A stretch of DNA of 64,000 nt from Octopus vulgaris (Eukaryota), in contig OX597815.1 in the NCBI GenBank assembly GCA_951406725.2, forward strand, positions 15,624,001 to 15,688,000, written 5' to 3'. The translations under genes and the position numbers were made by a program. Shown piece after piece: positions 1-12,539 of this stretch (its first letter is position 1; every line of letters begins with the position of its first letter). The notes under the pieces were generated by a model. The model ran no database searches. It was given only the letters and a program-made list of their open reading frames with translations, and was not told the origin of the DNA.

Positions 1-965
1 CTAATAATTATGCCAAGTTTCGTTTATTCTAGTCCTTGAGAAGTGGGTCAGGGGAGATTGTTAACAAACACCCCTCATACATAAAGGAAATAGGGCTGGA
101 ATTCGGTCAGGGGAAATATTGCTATATGGTCGTGAAAAGAGGGAAAACTGTAAACCAGATTATCAACGTCTCCATCAATGACTTAACTGTTTCCCCTATA
201 TCTGATGAGGAATGTTACAGGTATCGAGGGGTGGATGAAAACATCTTACAATGGCACCTGTAAGAAAACACGTGTCACTAAAGAATATTACAGCCGAATA
301 AAGAAAATTTGGACCTTGGAACTCTATGCATTCAAAAAAACGGTGGCCCACAATGTGTTTGCAGTGCCAGTACTCATATCGACATTTGGGCTGCTTCATT
401 GGACACTTGATGAGATCCGAGCCATTGATGTGAAAACCCGGAAGATACTAACAAGCACACATAATTTCCATATCAACAGTGACGTAGGCCATCTATACCT
501 AAAACGAAAACAAGGCAGCAGAGGCTAACATCGATCCAACATGCCTTTGAATGTCATATCATATCCTTTCAGCAACATCTTTTAACCACCAAGTATCGAA
601 GTGCATCTCTTGACCAAGTTTGCATACATGAGGCCGATAACATCATAAGATTTGGAAGGCAGCTCCTTAAATACATACCCAAAGAAGTCGCACGACACAA
701 CCGCAGCATATCATCAGATGAAAGGATGAATGTATATGAGCAGAAGACCATGCATGGACATGTTAGTAGAAAGCTCCAAGATGATTGTAACATTGATCAT
801 CAAAGTAGTCTATCATGGACCAACAACCGGATTACTACCTCTCACTTTGAACGGTATACGTTTGCAATCCAGGAACAGGATATATCAACCAAATATTTGA
901 TGCACAAAAGAGACAGGAAATCAGGAAAAGCAGCAAAATATGAAATGAAGACTTTGTGGAGTTAA
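1..965 (+). mobile_element. Degenerate Dong/R4-type (RLE clade) non-LTR retrotransposon, RT C-terminal/thumb region
   Basis: Frameshifted peptides IGLEFG..K, YRYRGV, AHNVFAVPVLISTFGLLHWTLDEIRAIDVKTRKILT, LYLKRKQGSRG and KTMHG..FAIQEQ match typical R4/Dong RT and post-RT motifs; several stops and frameshifts. Confidence 0.8.
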
Positions 966-974
966 CACCGAAGA

Positions 975-1447
975 TATACATACATACATACATACGTACG
1001 TACGTACATACATACATACATACATACATACATACATACATACATACGTACGTACGTACATACATACATACATACATACATACATACCATACATACATAC
1101 ATACGTACGTACGTACATACATACATACATACATACATACGTACGTACGTACATACATACATACATGCATGCATGCATGCATGCATACATACATACGTAC
1201 GTACGTACGTACGTACGTACATACATACATACATACATACGTACGTACGTACGTACATACATACATACATACATACATACATACATACATACATACATAC
1301 ATGCATGCATGCATGCGTACGTACGTACATACTTACATACATACATACACAGAGACACGCACACGCATATAATACATACATACATACATACATACATACA
1401 TACATACATACATACATACATACATACATACATACATACATACATGT
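975..1447. repeat. Compound tetranucleotide microsatellite (TACA/TACG/TGCA)n
   Basis: Visible directly in the sequence. Confidence 0.95.
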
Positions 1448-1718
1448 ATGCGTGTAGGCGTGTGTGTAATTTAGAAGAATTTTTAAAGTGATACAATAAG
1501 TCATATTTCAATGCATATTTCTTTATTCGGCTATGAAGTTTGCTAAGCGCAATGCACGAAACACTTGGCCTTTGAGTCAGTTAAATAACTTTACACCCGA
1601 AGGAAAGAGAGAAATACCCCTATGTGTTCAGTTCCCCGCATCCAACCCATATGCAGGCACGTGTGTTTCCATTGGAAACATTCTTTTGAATGCATTTTTA
1701 CTAAATAAATATAATGTA

Positions 1719-2022
1719 CTAGCAGTATTTCCCGGCGTTGCTCGGGTTTGTAAGGGAAATAACTATATAAGCATTTTTAGAGAGTTACTTCCCTTATATA
1801 AACCGAGCAAAAAATGCATTAAAAATCCGAAAAATTGATGGTAAATTTTTTTTAAATCGTAGACTCATCGTAGACGCGCGCTAATACCCAGAATGGCTCG
1901 ATATGAATCACGACTATAAGATACCCGCTTTTGGTTAAACTGCACCGCAAAATGTGGGAGTAGTTAGGAATCTAAATCGGAGGAGACAGACTCTCACACA
2001 ACTTCAGTTTTATATATAAAGA
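1719..2022 (-). mobile_element. Non-autonomous Helitron
   Basis: On the minus strand it starts A|TCTTTATATATAAA and ends with the hairpin CCCGAGCAACGCCGGG followed by CTAG|T. No TSD; inserted between A and T. Confidence 0.75.
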
Positions 2023-2559
2023 TATCGTTATCAGACCTATAGAACTGGTCTGAACTCAAAATAGATTCCACATGCTTCTCATCTCTGAAAGCATGGAGAA
2101 GATCCCTAACGCCATTTCTTTACACAGTGAGGGTTTAATAAAAATTGTGGAAGAAGGTAGAAAAGGTTAGATGTTACACTTGTAATACTAATCCTCAGAG
2201 TACTTTCTGTTCTCAGACAAGTGGAGAGTAAAATCTCTTGCCTTTGACACCATAACCACAGCAACAATAACAACAGTAGCAACAAGAGAAAGTATTATAA
2301 ATATATGCATATATACAAACATATATGTACATACCTACATATATATGTATATTGTTCTTCATCCTTTCTGGGGGTTTTCTCCCACCCTTCCCTATTTTTC
2401 TCCTCTCTCCTTCACCGTTCCCTCTCTCTCACTCCTCCTCCTCGACTCTCTCGTCGCTGACACGTGACGAGAGGGAATCCAACTTTCTGACTACTACCTT
2501 CGCAAAGACTAAACGGGCTTATACTGTCTCCTTCATAAGCTCGTCTCCTTAAACGTTCA

Positions 2560-2955
2560 GAATAATTTTTCCATCGTCTTGGATTTAACAACCCTCATCG
2601 TTTGTTTTTACTGTTTTGTTCTCATTGTTCTGTCTTTTACTGTTATTACTTTTTTATTGTTTTTACTGTTTTGTTCTCACTGTCCTGTTCTTGTTACCAC
2701 TCTCACCCTCCGCAAAAAATCTCAAATTTTATTTAATTTGCTTTGCGGGATGGATTGTTTCAACGAAGTCGCGTCTTGTCCTTGCCTTCGGAACGTGGAG
2801 TATTTGAAACAGGGACAACTGAAGAAAGGGAATATTCTTTATGTTGTATGTCTCGGTTCTCCGTTTGTTTCTTTCGTTGTCTGAAAAATAGTTCGTTTCT
2901 ACGTTTTAGTTTTTATGTTTTCGTTTCTCATTGTGTTCAACGTTTTTGATGTCGC

Positions 2956-2960
<5 letters not shown>
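2560..2960 (+). repeat. Interspersed repeat, probably Penelope-like pLTR-derived; related inverted copy at about 29880-30200
   Basis: The motif cgaag..cgtct..ccttcggaacgtggag...gaaac...actgaagaa.ggg recurs reverse-complemented at 29915-29985. The family assignment is inference. Confidence 0.35.
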
Positions 2961-3026
<66 letters not shown>

Positions 3027-3351
3027 GGTGTGCACATATATGTATATATACTTATATTTATATATTATTTATACTATTATATGATCGAACGCCATGCATC
3101 CTTTTCCAAGTAAGTTATATATATTTATATTCATATAGACATACGTATACGTACATACATGTCTACGTATATACATATGCATTTGTGGGCACAGGACGTC
3201 ACAAAACATAAAACATTAATACGATGTACGAGGAAATACTTCGTACTAATTGTTGTTTATGTTTTGTGACGCCCTGTGTCCACATATGCATATGTATATA
3301 CGTAGACATGTAAGTATGTACCTATATGTATGTATATATATGCATATGTGT

Positions 3352-3620
3352 GGAGGCGCAATGGCCCAATGGTTAGGGCAGCGGACTCGCGGTCGTAGGA
3401 TCGCGGTTTCGATTCCCAGACCGGGCGTTGTGAGTGTTTATTGAGCGAAAACACCTAAAAGGTCCACGACGCTCCGGGGGTGGTGATCCCTACTGTACTC
3501 TTTCACCACTCTTTCTTCTGTTGGCCTGCTTGCTTAGCCAGCGGGGTGGCGTCATTCGAAGGCTAAAACAATGCGAACGCATTGTGACCAGCGATGTGTA
3601 ACAACATCAGATGGTTCAGT
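3352..3620 (+). mobile_element. tRNA-derived SINE, family A (GGAGGCGCAATGGCCCAGTGGTT head)
   Basis: Pol III A box TGGCCCAATGG and B box GGTTTCGATTCC. Homologous copies at about 18415-18706(+), 29421-29685(-), 30672-30920(-) and 34480-34575(-). Confidence 0.85.
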
Positions 3621-3711
3621 CGAAAAAAAAAAAAAGAAATATGCATATGTATATATATTTATTTATATTTATATGATTGAACGCCACGCATCCTTTTCCA
3701 AGTAAGTTTTG

Positions 3712-3749
<38 letters not shown>

Positions 3750-3757
3750 TATAGATA

Positions 3758-5377
3758 CAGTTGCGGCCAAAATGTTCAGAACAGCATTGTTTTCGTCAGA
3801 AAAGTAGATATAATTTTTTATCAAAGTTGTTTTATATTCTATAATTTTCACAGACAATAAATACAATATTAATTGTTATTGTCTGAGATTTTGGTGTAAT
3901 TTGAGAGGATAATACAAAAGTTATAGATGATTTAGTGATTTACTGCAAAACCCATGGCGGCCAAAATGATCAGAACGTTTGAAAAATAACAAAATAATAC
4001 AAAATGACAGATAATACTGGAATTATTTAATATTTAGTGTGAAGCCATTTAGCTTCAATCACACTCTGACATCTTTGACTGCACGAGGAAACTAAATTTT
4101 CAATTTCTTGCTGGGTGATCTTATTCCATTCTTCCTGAAGGGCAGTCCATAATTGCTCAGTTGTTTTAGGATTTCTGGCTTTCGAACATTCTCCTAGAAT
4201 ATTCCACACATTTTCAATAGGACTGAGATCTGGGCTTTGTGCTGGCCAATCCATAACAATAACCTTTTCAGCCTTGAAGAAGTTCATGACCACCTTAGCC
4301 TTGTGACATGGGGCATTGTCCTGCATGAATATGGGTGGTCGCTTAGTTGAATTTCTCAGCACAGGCAAGACATGATATTTTACAAGTTGTTTATAAACTC
4401 CTGCATTTAACTTTCCATGTAATCGCACCAAAGGGCCCACACCATCTCCAGATATCATTCCCCAAACCATGACACTTCCTCCACCGAATTTAACACTAGT
4501 CTTAAGGCATTTAGGCAACAATTTTTCACCTACGTACGTACCTTTTCCCATCTGAGCCAAATAGCATAAACTTAGATTCATCACTGAAATGCACCGTTTG
4601 CCATTTTTCTTGAGACCACAACACAAGTTCGGTTGCAAAGTTAAGACGACACTTTTTATTCTTGGAGCTGATCAGTGGCTTCACCGCAGGTGCTCTTGCT
4701 TGTATGTCATGTTCAACTAAACGACGAGACACAGTTTTTCGAGATAAAGTTTTCTTCAATACAATGCTCATTTTCCGAGAAACAACAGCAGCAGTTTTAA
4801 ATCTGTCATTTTTAACCAACTTTACCATAGCACGATCTTCTCTCTTGGTCGTTTTTCTTGGCCTACCTGTAAACTTCCTTGCTTCACACGAACCACAATC
4901 ATCGTAGACCTTAAGAATTCCGTGTACAACACTTTTTGACCTGTTAACAATCTTTGCAATAGATCCAATACTTAAATTATCCTTCCTTCGAAGCTTAATA
5001 ATCTGCTGACGAATTGGTAACGGAGTAAGTGGCATTATATTAACAAAGTACACTGCAAATATTCTTACTAATGTTTAGTAAACGAACCGTCACGTAAACA
5101 AATTCAAAACATTAGAGTTCGCCGGTTAAATATACTAAAACACGGAGTAAAAGCAACCGTTCTGATCATTTTGGCCGCCATGGGTTTTGCAGTAAATCAC
5201 TAAATTATCCATAACTTTTGTATTATCCTCTCAAATTATACCAAAATCTCAAGCAATAACAAATAATATCGTATTTATTGTCTGTGAAAATTATATAATA
5301 TAAAACAACTTTGATAAAAAATTATATCTACTTTTCTGACGAAAACAATGCCGTTCTGAACATTTTGGCCGCAACTG
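3758..5377 (-). mobile_element. Tc1-family DNA transposon with ~220-bp IR/DR terminal inverted repeats
   Basis: TA|CAGTTGCGGCCAAAATG ... CATTTTGGCCGCAACTG|TA. TIRs at 3758-3977 and 5158-5377; each has an outer and an inner GCGGCCAAAATG(T/A)TCAGAAC direct repeat. Confidence 0.97.
4027..5053 (-). pseudogene. Tc1 transposase (DD34E), disrupted by one frameshift near 4530
   Basis: N-terminal HTH with GRPRKTT, then FSDESKF, VKFGGGSVMVWG, QDNAPCH and WPAQSPDLSPIENVW. There are 34 residues between the second D and the E. The two ORFs overlap at GKRYVRR*/VGEKL. Confidence 0.95.
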
Positions 5378-5478
<101 letters not shown>

Positions 5479-6250
5479 CATAAGGGGCATCAGCCATCTG
5501 AATGTGGCTAGGGACAGGGCAGGTAAGCACCGTTCTCCGACGAATAACTCTATGTACAGGCTATATATTTAAGGATTTTCACAGTAAACACATTTACTGA
5601 TGTAGAAAAACCGTTCGAAAGCAATAATAATCTCTAAACGAGATATAAACAGTAACTGCTCTATAACATAAGGGGCATCAGCCATCTGAATGTGGCTAGG
5701 GACAGAGCAGGGTGGTGGGGGTGTTACTGATGCATTTAGCCCCAGGCGATCATCAACGTCACCAGGAGGGCTGACACCATCCTTAAATATATAGCCTGTA
5801 CAGAGAGTTATTCGTCGGAGAACGGAGCTTACCATGCGTTGATAAGAGGCAAATACCTTGAAGCCTGGTCCGTATGTAGCATCCGCGTCTTCGGGGAATG
5901 ATCTCCCTTTGCAGGCTAGAGGACACCGAGATGGTGTCAGCCCTCCTGGTGACGTTGATGATCGCCTGGGGCTAAATGCATCAGTAACACCCCCACTTGT
6001 TGGGTACTTTATTTTATCGACTTCGAAAGGACTTCGAAACTGACCTCAGTGGGGATTTGAACTGATAATATTGAATTGGAACAAACAGTTTTTTCTTCTG
6101 AGGCTCAAACAAGTCTGCCAGATGACGAATTTAGAAAGAGAAGAAAAAAAATCTATGATAAAATTAATTAAGATGAAAATGTTATCCATTTTCAAATTAC
6201 TCTCCGAGAGACAATCCCACTTCTGGCACTAATTTTGTTATAACAATAAA

Positions 6251-6648
6251 CTAGCAGTATCGCCCGGCGTTGCTCGGGTTTGTTTCGACCCTTTAGAATT
6301 GGAATTTTTGCAAAGTAAAAATTTTGCATTATGTAGCTTGTTATTCTCTTTAAGTGAACATTTTTCTGGTTGAAATACACCGAAAAATGGCGACACAGCA
6401 GTCAAAAAATCGTAAAAAAATATGGATTTTCATAGAAAAAAAGCACCTTTTTGATGTAAATAATTTTTGGTGTTAACATGGTCCGATTTGAATTTTTTTC
6501 TTCTACGGAAGGAAGAGCAAGCCTTCTTCTATCATACTCTCAATTTTGGTGAACTTGCACCGTAGGGTCTCGGAGGAGATAGTGTTAGTTGAAGGCTACC
6601 AAACCTGCCACACACACAGACAACTTCAGCTTTATATATAGAGAGAGA
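6251..6648 (-). mobile_element. Non-autonomous Helitron
   Basis: Same 3' hairpin + CTAG end as 1719, with a 5' TC(TC)TATATATAAAGCTG start; the internal sequence differs from the other copies. Confidence 0.75.
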
Positions 6649-6820
6649 TATATATACGGTCAACACACACATTGCATGCATCTGTTTTGTACGCATAAAT
6701 GCTAGCGCGTGTGTGTGTATGTGTGTGTGACTGAAGCCATTCACACATACATACATACATAACAACAACTGTCTGTCTGTTTTTGTCTGTCAATCACTCA
6801 CTAAAAAGAAATTTTTTAAA

Positions 6821-6857
<37 letters not shown>

Positions 6858-7487
6858 TTCTCCCTCTCCCTCCCTCTCTTTACACCGTCGCTAGAAGGGG
6901 ATTTAACTCCTGTTTTGTCAACAATAATGGCGTCACTACAGTGGATTTCTCCGCCGTGAAAATTGAAGTTATGGCTCAAAATTATTTACCGCTATTCGCG
7001 GGTGCCTCGGAGGAAAACAATTTGACGAAAATACAGCTAGGATCGTGACGAATGTCCTCCTAAAATTTGAGCGACATGCGTGCTAATTTGTGGATGTGCA
7101 TAAACTACAATCACGTACACATACACATATCCTGCCTTATATATATATATACAGATGACATACGAAATGTTACAGCAACCTACACTGTTGTAGTATAACA
7201 ATATTGTGATAAGATTTTCTTGAATTTCTGATTCATTTAAAAGCTAATAATTCTGCCCTGGAATCTACACCTCTTCACCTCACGCACACGCGGAAGAACA
7301 GAGCTGTTAAGTACATGTTAATCAGCTTAAATTTATTCAAATGAAGCTGTTTCACAAGGCAATATGTCTTACGTGTATGTGGGTAAATGCATGGGAAACA
7401 CACGCAAAATGCACGTAAAATCTGTTACTAAACATCGACGAGCAAATAAAATAAAATCTGTTGTATGAAAACCAATTTATATACTTT

Positions 7488-7927
7488 ACATACATTCATA
7501 CATACATACATACATACATACATACATACATACATACATACATACATACATGCATGCATACATATATACATACATACATACATACATACATACATACATA
7601 CATTCATACATACATACATACATTCATACATACATACATACATACATACATACATACATACATACATACACACATACAAACATACATACATACATACATA
7701 CATACATACATACATACATACATACATACATACATACATACATACATACATACATACATACATACATACATACATACATACATACATACATACATACATA
7801 CACACATGCAAACATTCATACATACAAGCATACATAGATACATACAAACATACATACATTCAAATATACATACATACATACATACACACATACATACATA
7901 CATACATACATACACACACACATACAT

Positions 7928-7992
<65 letters not shown>

Positions 7993-8021
7993 TACATACA
8001 TACATACATACATACATACAT

Positions 8022-8086
<65 letters not shown>

Positions 8087-8302
8087 TACATACATACATA
8101 CATACATACATACATACATACATACACACATGCAAACATTCATACATACATGCATACATACACACATACATACACACATACATACACACATACATACACA
8201 CATACATACACACATACACACATACATACATACATACATACATACATACATACATACATACATACATACATACATACATACATACATACATACATACATA
8301 CA
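7488..8302. repeat. (TACA)n/(CA)n microsatellite, probably the expanded 3' tail of the adjacent LINE
   Basis: Visible directly; it begins right after the 3' UTR of the minus-strand RTE-like fragment. Confidence 0.9.
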
Positions 8303-8605
8303 TGGCTGCCACCTCGTTATCGAGTATGGCCATTGCACGAAGCTTAACTGTTACTGGTGCTGTGATTGAATGTGACTTTTTAGCCCAGCTAAAGATCTAC
8401 AATGTCTTGTACAGAATTGGCAACTAAAACCTTTACTGGTAATAGCCGGCTGTGGTTGTAACTGGTCTTCATGTGCCTTTGCATGTCGTTTAAGTCCTCC
8501 TGCCGAATTAAACCCTCTTCCACATGCCTGACAGATATGATTAGTATGGTGTGTTACACCACCACCAGTGGCCAGGTTGTCACTCATCTGCCTCGCTTTA
8601 TGACT
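8303..8605 (-). mobile_element. 3' end of an RTE-like LINE with two C2H2 zinc fingers
   Basis: CQACGRGFNSAGGLKRHAKAH and CQFCTRHCRSLAGLKSHIQSQH, then a stop at 8351, a short UTR (gccatactcgataacgaggtggcagcc) and a (TGTA)n tail. This architecture is typical of RTE 3' ends. Confidence 0.65.
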
Positions 8606-8634
8606 ACATACATGCATACATACATATATTTTGT

Positions 8635-8689
8635 ATGTGTGTGTGTGTGTGTATGTACGCGTATGTTTGCATGCATGTGTGTCACTTGA

Positions 8690-8720
<31 letters not shown>

Positions 8721-8803
8721 CGTATGTTTGCATGCATGTGTGTCACTTGAGTGTGTGTGTGTGTGTGTGTGTACGCGTATGTTTGCATGCATGTGTGTCA
8801 CTT

Positions 8804-8844
<41 letters not shown>

Positions 8845-8874
8845 CGTATGTTTGCATGCATGTGTGTCACTTGA

Positions 8875-8905
<31 letters not shown>

Positions 8906-8919
8906 CGTATGTTTGCATG

Positions 8920-8992
<73 letters not shown>
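8635..8992. repeat. Minisatellite of about 5 units: (GT)n-ACGCGTATGTTTGCATGCATGTGTGTCACTTGA
   Basis: Visible directly; unit length varies with the GT run. Confidence 0.9.
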
Positions 8993-8994
<2 letters not shown>

Positions 8995-9434
8995 TAGTAT
9001 ACTGATATAGGAATGGATATGCATATTCTATTAATATTTGATTTATATATTTATATATGTAAATGAGTATATTGCGCTAGAATGTGAAAGCAGTCGTATT
9101 TGGATGTGTATGTGTGTATTTATGTGCGCGCGTGCATGCGTGCGTGGCTAAGAAGAGAGAAAGGCAGACAGTTTGTTTATGATAGCTGCCACGCAAGATT
9201 CATCATTTTCACATTTATATGACAAGTAGAATAAAAGAAGTGATTCTTTCTGTTTTAAATTTTTATTAGGAAGATTTTTGCTTTAATGAACTTGAATTAA
9301 ATAATGTAATTCTCAAAAGCTTTTTTAAAATAGCATGAAAAATAAATGAATAAATACAAAAAATTGAGTGATTACATAATTTTTTCACAACTTTCACAAT
9401 TTGACACAGCAATGCATATAATATAGATCATATA

Positions 9435-10403
9435 TATTTCTTTATTGCCCACAAGGGGCTTAACATAGAGGGGACAAACAAGGACAGACAAAGGGATTAA
9501 GTCGATTACATCGACCCCAGTGCGTAACTGGTACTTATTTAATCGACCCCGAAAAGATGAAAGGCAAAGTCGACCTCGGCGGAATTTGAACTCAGAACGT
9601 AACGACAGACGAAATACCTATTTCTTTATTACTCACAAGGGGCTAAACACAGAGGGGACTAACAAGGACATACAAAGGGATTAAGTCGATTACATCGAGC
9701 CCAGTGGGAAACTGGTACTTTATTTATCGACCCCGAAAGGATGAAAGGCAAAGTCGACCTCGGCGGAATTTGAACTCGGAACGTAACGACAGACGAAATA
9801 CCTATTTCTTTATTACCCACAAGGGGCTAAACACAGAGGGGACAAACAAGGACAGACAAACGGATTAAGTCGATTACATCGACCCCAGTGCGAAACTGGT
9901 ACTTTATTTATCGACCCCGAAAGGATGAAAGGCAAAGTCGACCTCGGCGGAATTTGAACTCAGAACGTAACGACAGACGAAATACCTATTTCTTTATTAC
10001 CCACAAGGGGCTAAACACAGAGGGGACTAACAAGGACAGACAAACGCATTAAGTCGATTACATCGACCCCAGTGCGAAACTGGTACTTTATTTATCGACC
10101 CCGAAAAGATGAAAGGCAAAGTCGACCTCGGCGGAATTTGAACTCAGAACGTAACGACAGACGAAATACCTATTTCTTTATTACCCACGTGGGGCTAAAC
10201 ACAGAGGGGACTAACAAGGACAGACAAACGGATTAAGTCGATTACATCGACCCCAGTGCGAAACTGGTACTTTATTTATCGACCCCGAAAAGATGAAAGG
10301 CAAAGTCGACCTCGGCGGAATTTGAACTCAGAACGTAACGGCAGACGAAATACCGCTAAGCATTTCGCCCGGTGTGCTAACGTGTCTGCCAGCTCGCCGC
10401 CTT
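9435..10403 (-). mobile_element. SINE family B (GGCGGCGAGCTGGCAG head): one head plus five head-to-tail 184-bp body units
   Basis: Unit boundaries at 9435, 9619, 9803, 9987 and 10171. B-box-like GAGTTCAAATTCC in each unit; conserved central GCCTTTCATCCTTTCGGGGTCGATAAA. Confidence 0.9.
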
Positions 10404-10616
10404 AAATAATGTATATCATATTAGTCTGAACCCAGAATATCTGGGAAATATTGCTGTTTTGTATTGAATACTAAAATATATTAAAAGAAATTCAAGTGAT
10501 TGTCCTACTGTTTAACAGTTGTAGTATATAGAAATGTCATTGGTTGAATGATTGAGCGCAGGTAAACGATTAAGTAAAAATCAGTTGAGTTGTTCAACGA
10601 AACGCTGAATAAAGTG

Positions 10617-10735
10617 TCAACGAAAACGGAGGCTGGACATTGTCGGTAATGCCGATGTCATCTGTAGCTCTCGAAGTATCTGAAGTAGCTTCAGGAGATT
10701 GCTCAAATCTTTTTTACTGATGTGTCTTTCATGAA
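10617..10735 (-). CDS. Terminal coding exon of a putative secreted peptide precursor: (V)HERHISKKDLSNLLKLLQILRELQMTSALPTMSSLRFR*
   Basis: Acceptor ttttcattttatcattccAG|TT at 10737/10736. Phase 1 matches the donor at 13626. Open reading to TGA at 10619-10617 in unique, non-repetitive sequence. Confidence 0.7.
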
Positions 10736-10856
10736 CTGGAATGATAAAATGAAAATACGTGAATAAAACGATATATGAGTGCGTTCAATTAGGGTTGTCA
10801 TTTAAAAACCGTTAGGCAAAACTTGAAGACCTAATCATCTCGAACACTACGCGCGC

Positions 10857-10977
<121 letters not shown>

Positions 10978-11094
10978 CACTAAATGAGAAAAATACAGGT
11001 GATGACTTATCGACAATATGCAATATAATGTCAATGAATGAAAACAAAAAGAGAAAAGCTTTTCTATTACTTAGGTTGTTTGACCGACAACAAA

Positions 11095-11465
11095 GTTAGA
11101 ACGAAGCCCAGTATGCTCATCATGACTACCCGTCTGATAAGGGTACACAAGGCACATGCATCACAACCATATGTATACAACATGGTGATCTTATATCAAG
11201 ATAAACAGCGCATGACTTTGCAGGTGGGGCCCAGTTAGAATTTTCTTCTGGTCGAGTAACCCACCCCGCTCAGAAGGTCCCTGAATAAGGATTGTTTAAG
11301 GGTGTTGAACGAACCACCCATGTTTCCAAAAGGTGAATTATCTAAACCTCTAAGAATTCCTTTCAACACACGGCTATGATGCTCCCCCACTACTTCTGCT
11401 TGTGATCAGAGATGCACATATCGTCATCCACTAAGGGACATGGTCAACTGGTTAAGGTCAAACTG
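11095..11465 (+). mobile_element. Interspersed retro-repeat family D; full copies end in (ATT)n
   Basis: catgactacccgtctgataagggtacac...gatcagagatgcacatatcgtc recurs at 12176-12525(-), 53735-54235(+) and 55175-55600(-). Confidence 0.75.
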
Positions 11466-12539
11466 TTATCGTATTTGGGGTGATCCTTTAGATGAAAATC
11501 TCAGCTAAACACACTCAGGGAGCAAACCCTGTAGAAAATCATTCTTATTCATTGCAATGATGATAACTGATATCAATCCAAATAATGGCGTGAATGAGAA
11601 GGCTCAGTTGGATGTCCAAGACACCAGATTTCCCGCGCCTAACAGGGGTCCCTCAGAGGACAATGAAGTGGAAGACCAGACTCCACCCGGTCGTGGTCCT
11701 TTTATGGTCATGATATGCAATGTACTCGCAAACACAAGCGGCCTGTCTATATAAACGAAAAAGCAATTAGGTGCCATGAACAAGCTTTACTAGGCAAGAG
11801 CAATAGCAGATATAAAACTGTCGGCAAAATATCCTAAGAACTTTGGAACCAGCTGGGTATGTTTTTACAGATTACTGACAATGGGTTCATGAGTCAAATA
11901 AGAATAATTCAGAATAGAGGCTTTCTTAATGAAACCCAAATTCAGACAATCAGAAAATGCCTCTATAATGATGATAACCTCGAGGGGAATAAAGTAGGTG
12001 AAGAATAGGCAAGGTGAAGGTGTAATAGAAGAGAAGAACTTGAGAGGAGGAATGGGAAGGAATCCACCGGTACACACTATATCTTCAGTCTACACCACAA
12101 TATAGGATACTTTGCGACATCTCCAACGACGACGACGACGACAACAACAACAACAATAATAATAATAATAATAATTGCCCTGGTACAGTATCAGGCACTG
12201 ACTCTCATGGCTTCTGATTTTAACTGATTGGAAGTGCTATGATGTACATTGTTTTGTCTTTGTGTAAAAGGTGGCTACAGCAAATATTCTGCTCAATACA
12301 ACAGATTTTCTTGTCAGTTGTTTGACCTTAACCAGTTGAACTTGTCCCTTAGTGGCTGACGATATGTGCATCTCTGATCATGAGCAGAAGTAGTGGGGAA
12401 GAATTATAGCCTTGTGCTGAGAGGAATACTTTGGGGTTCAAATAATTCACCTCTGGAAACATGGGTGTTTCGCTCAAAGAACCCCTATTCAGGGACCTTT
12501 TGAGCGAGATGGATTACTCGACTTGGAAGCGAAACAGCT

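Noticed and set aside
5930-5990. HDV-like ribozyme (CCTCC and GGCTAA words)
   Set aside because: I could not form P1, P2 and P3 in the required order.
8351-8605. Host C2H2 zinc-finger gene
   Set aside because: There is no TGEKP linker, and the ORF is followed by a short UTR and a tandem-repeat tail typical of an RTE-like LINE end.
9435-10403. CRISPR-like array (also 26124-27213)
   Set aside because: The units are whole 184-bp repeats with no unique spacers, there are no cas genes, and monomers with TSDs show they are SINE bodies.
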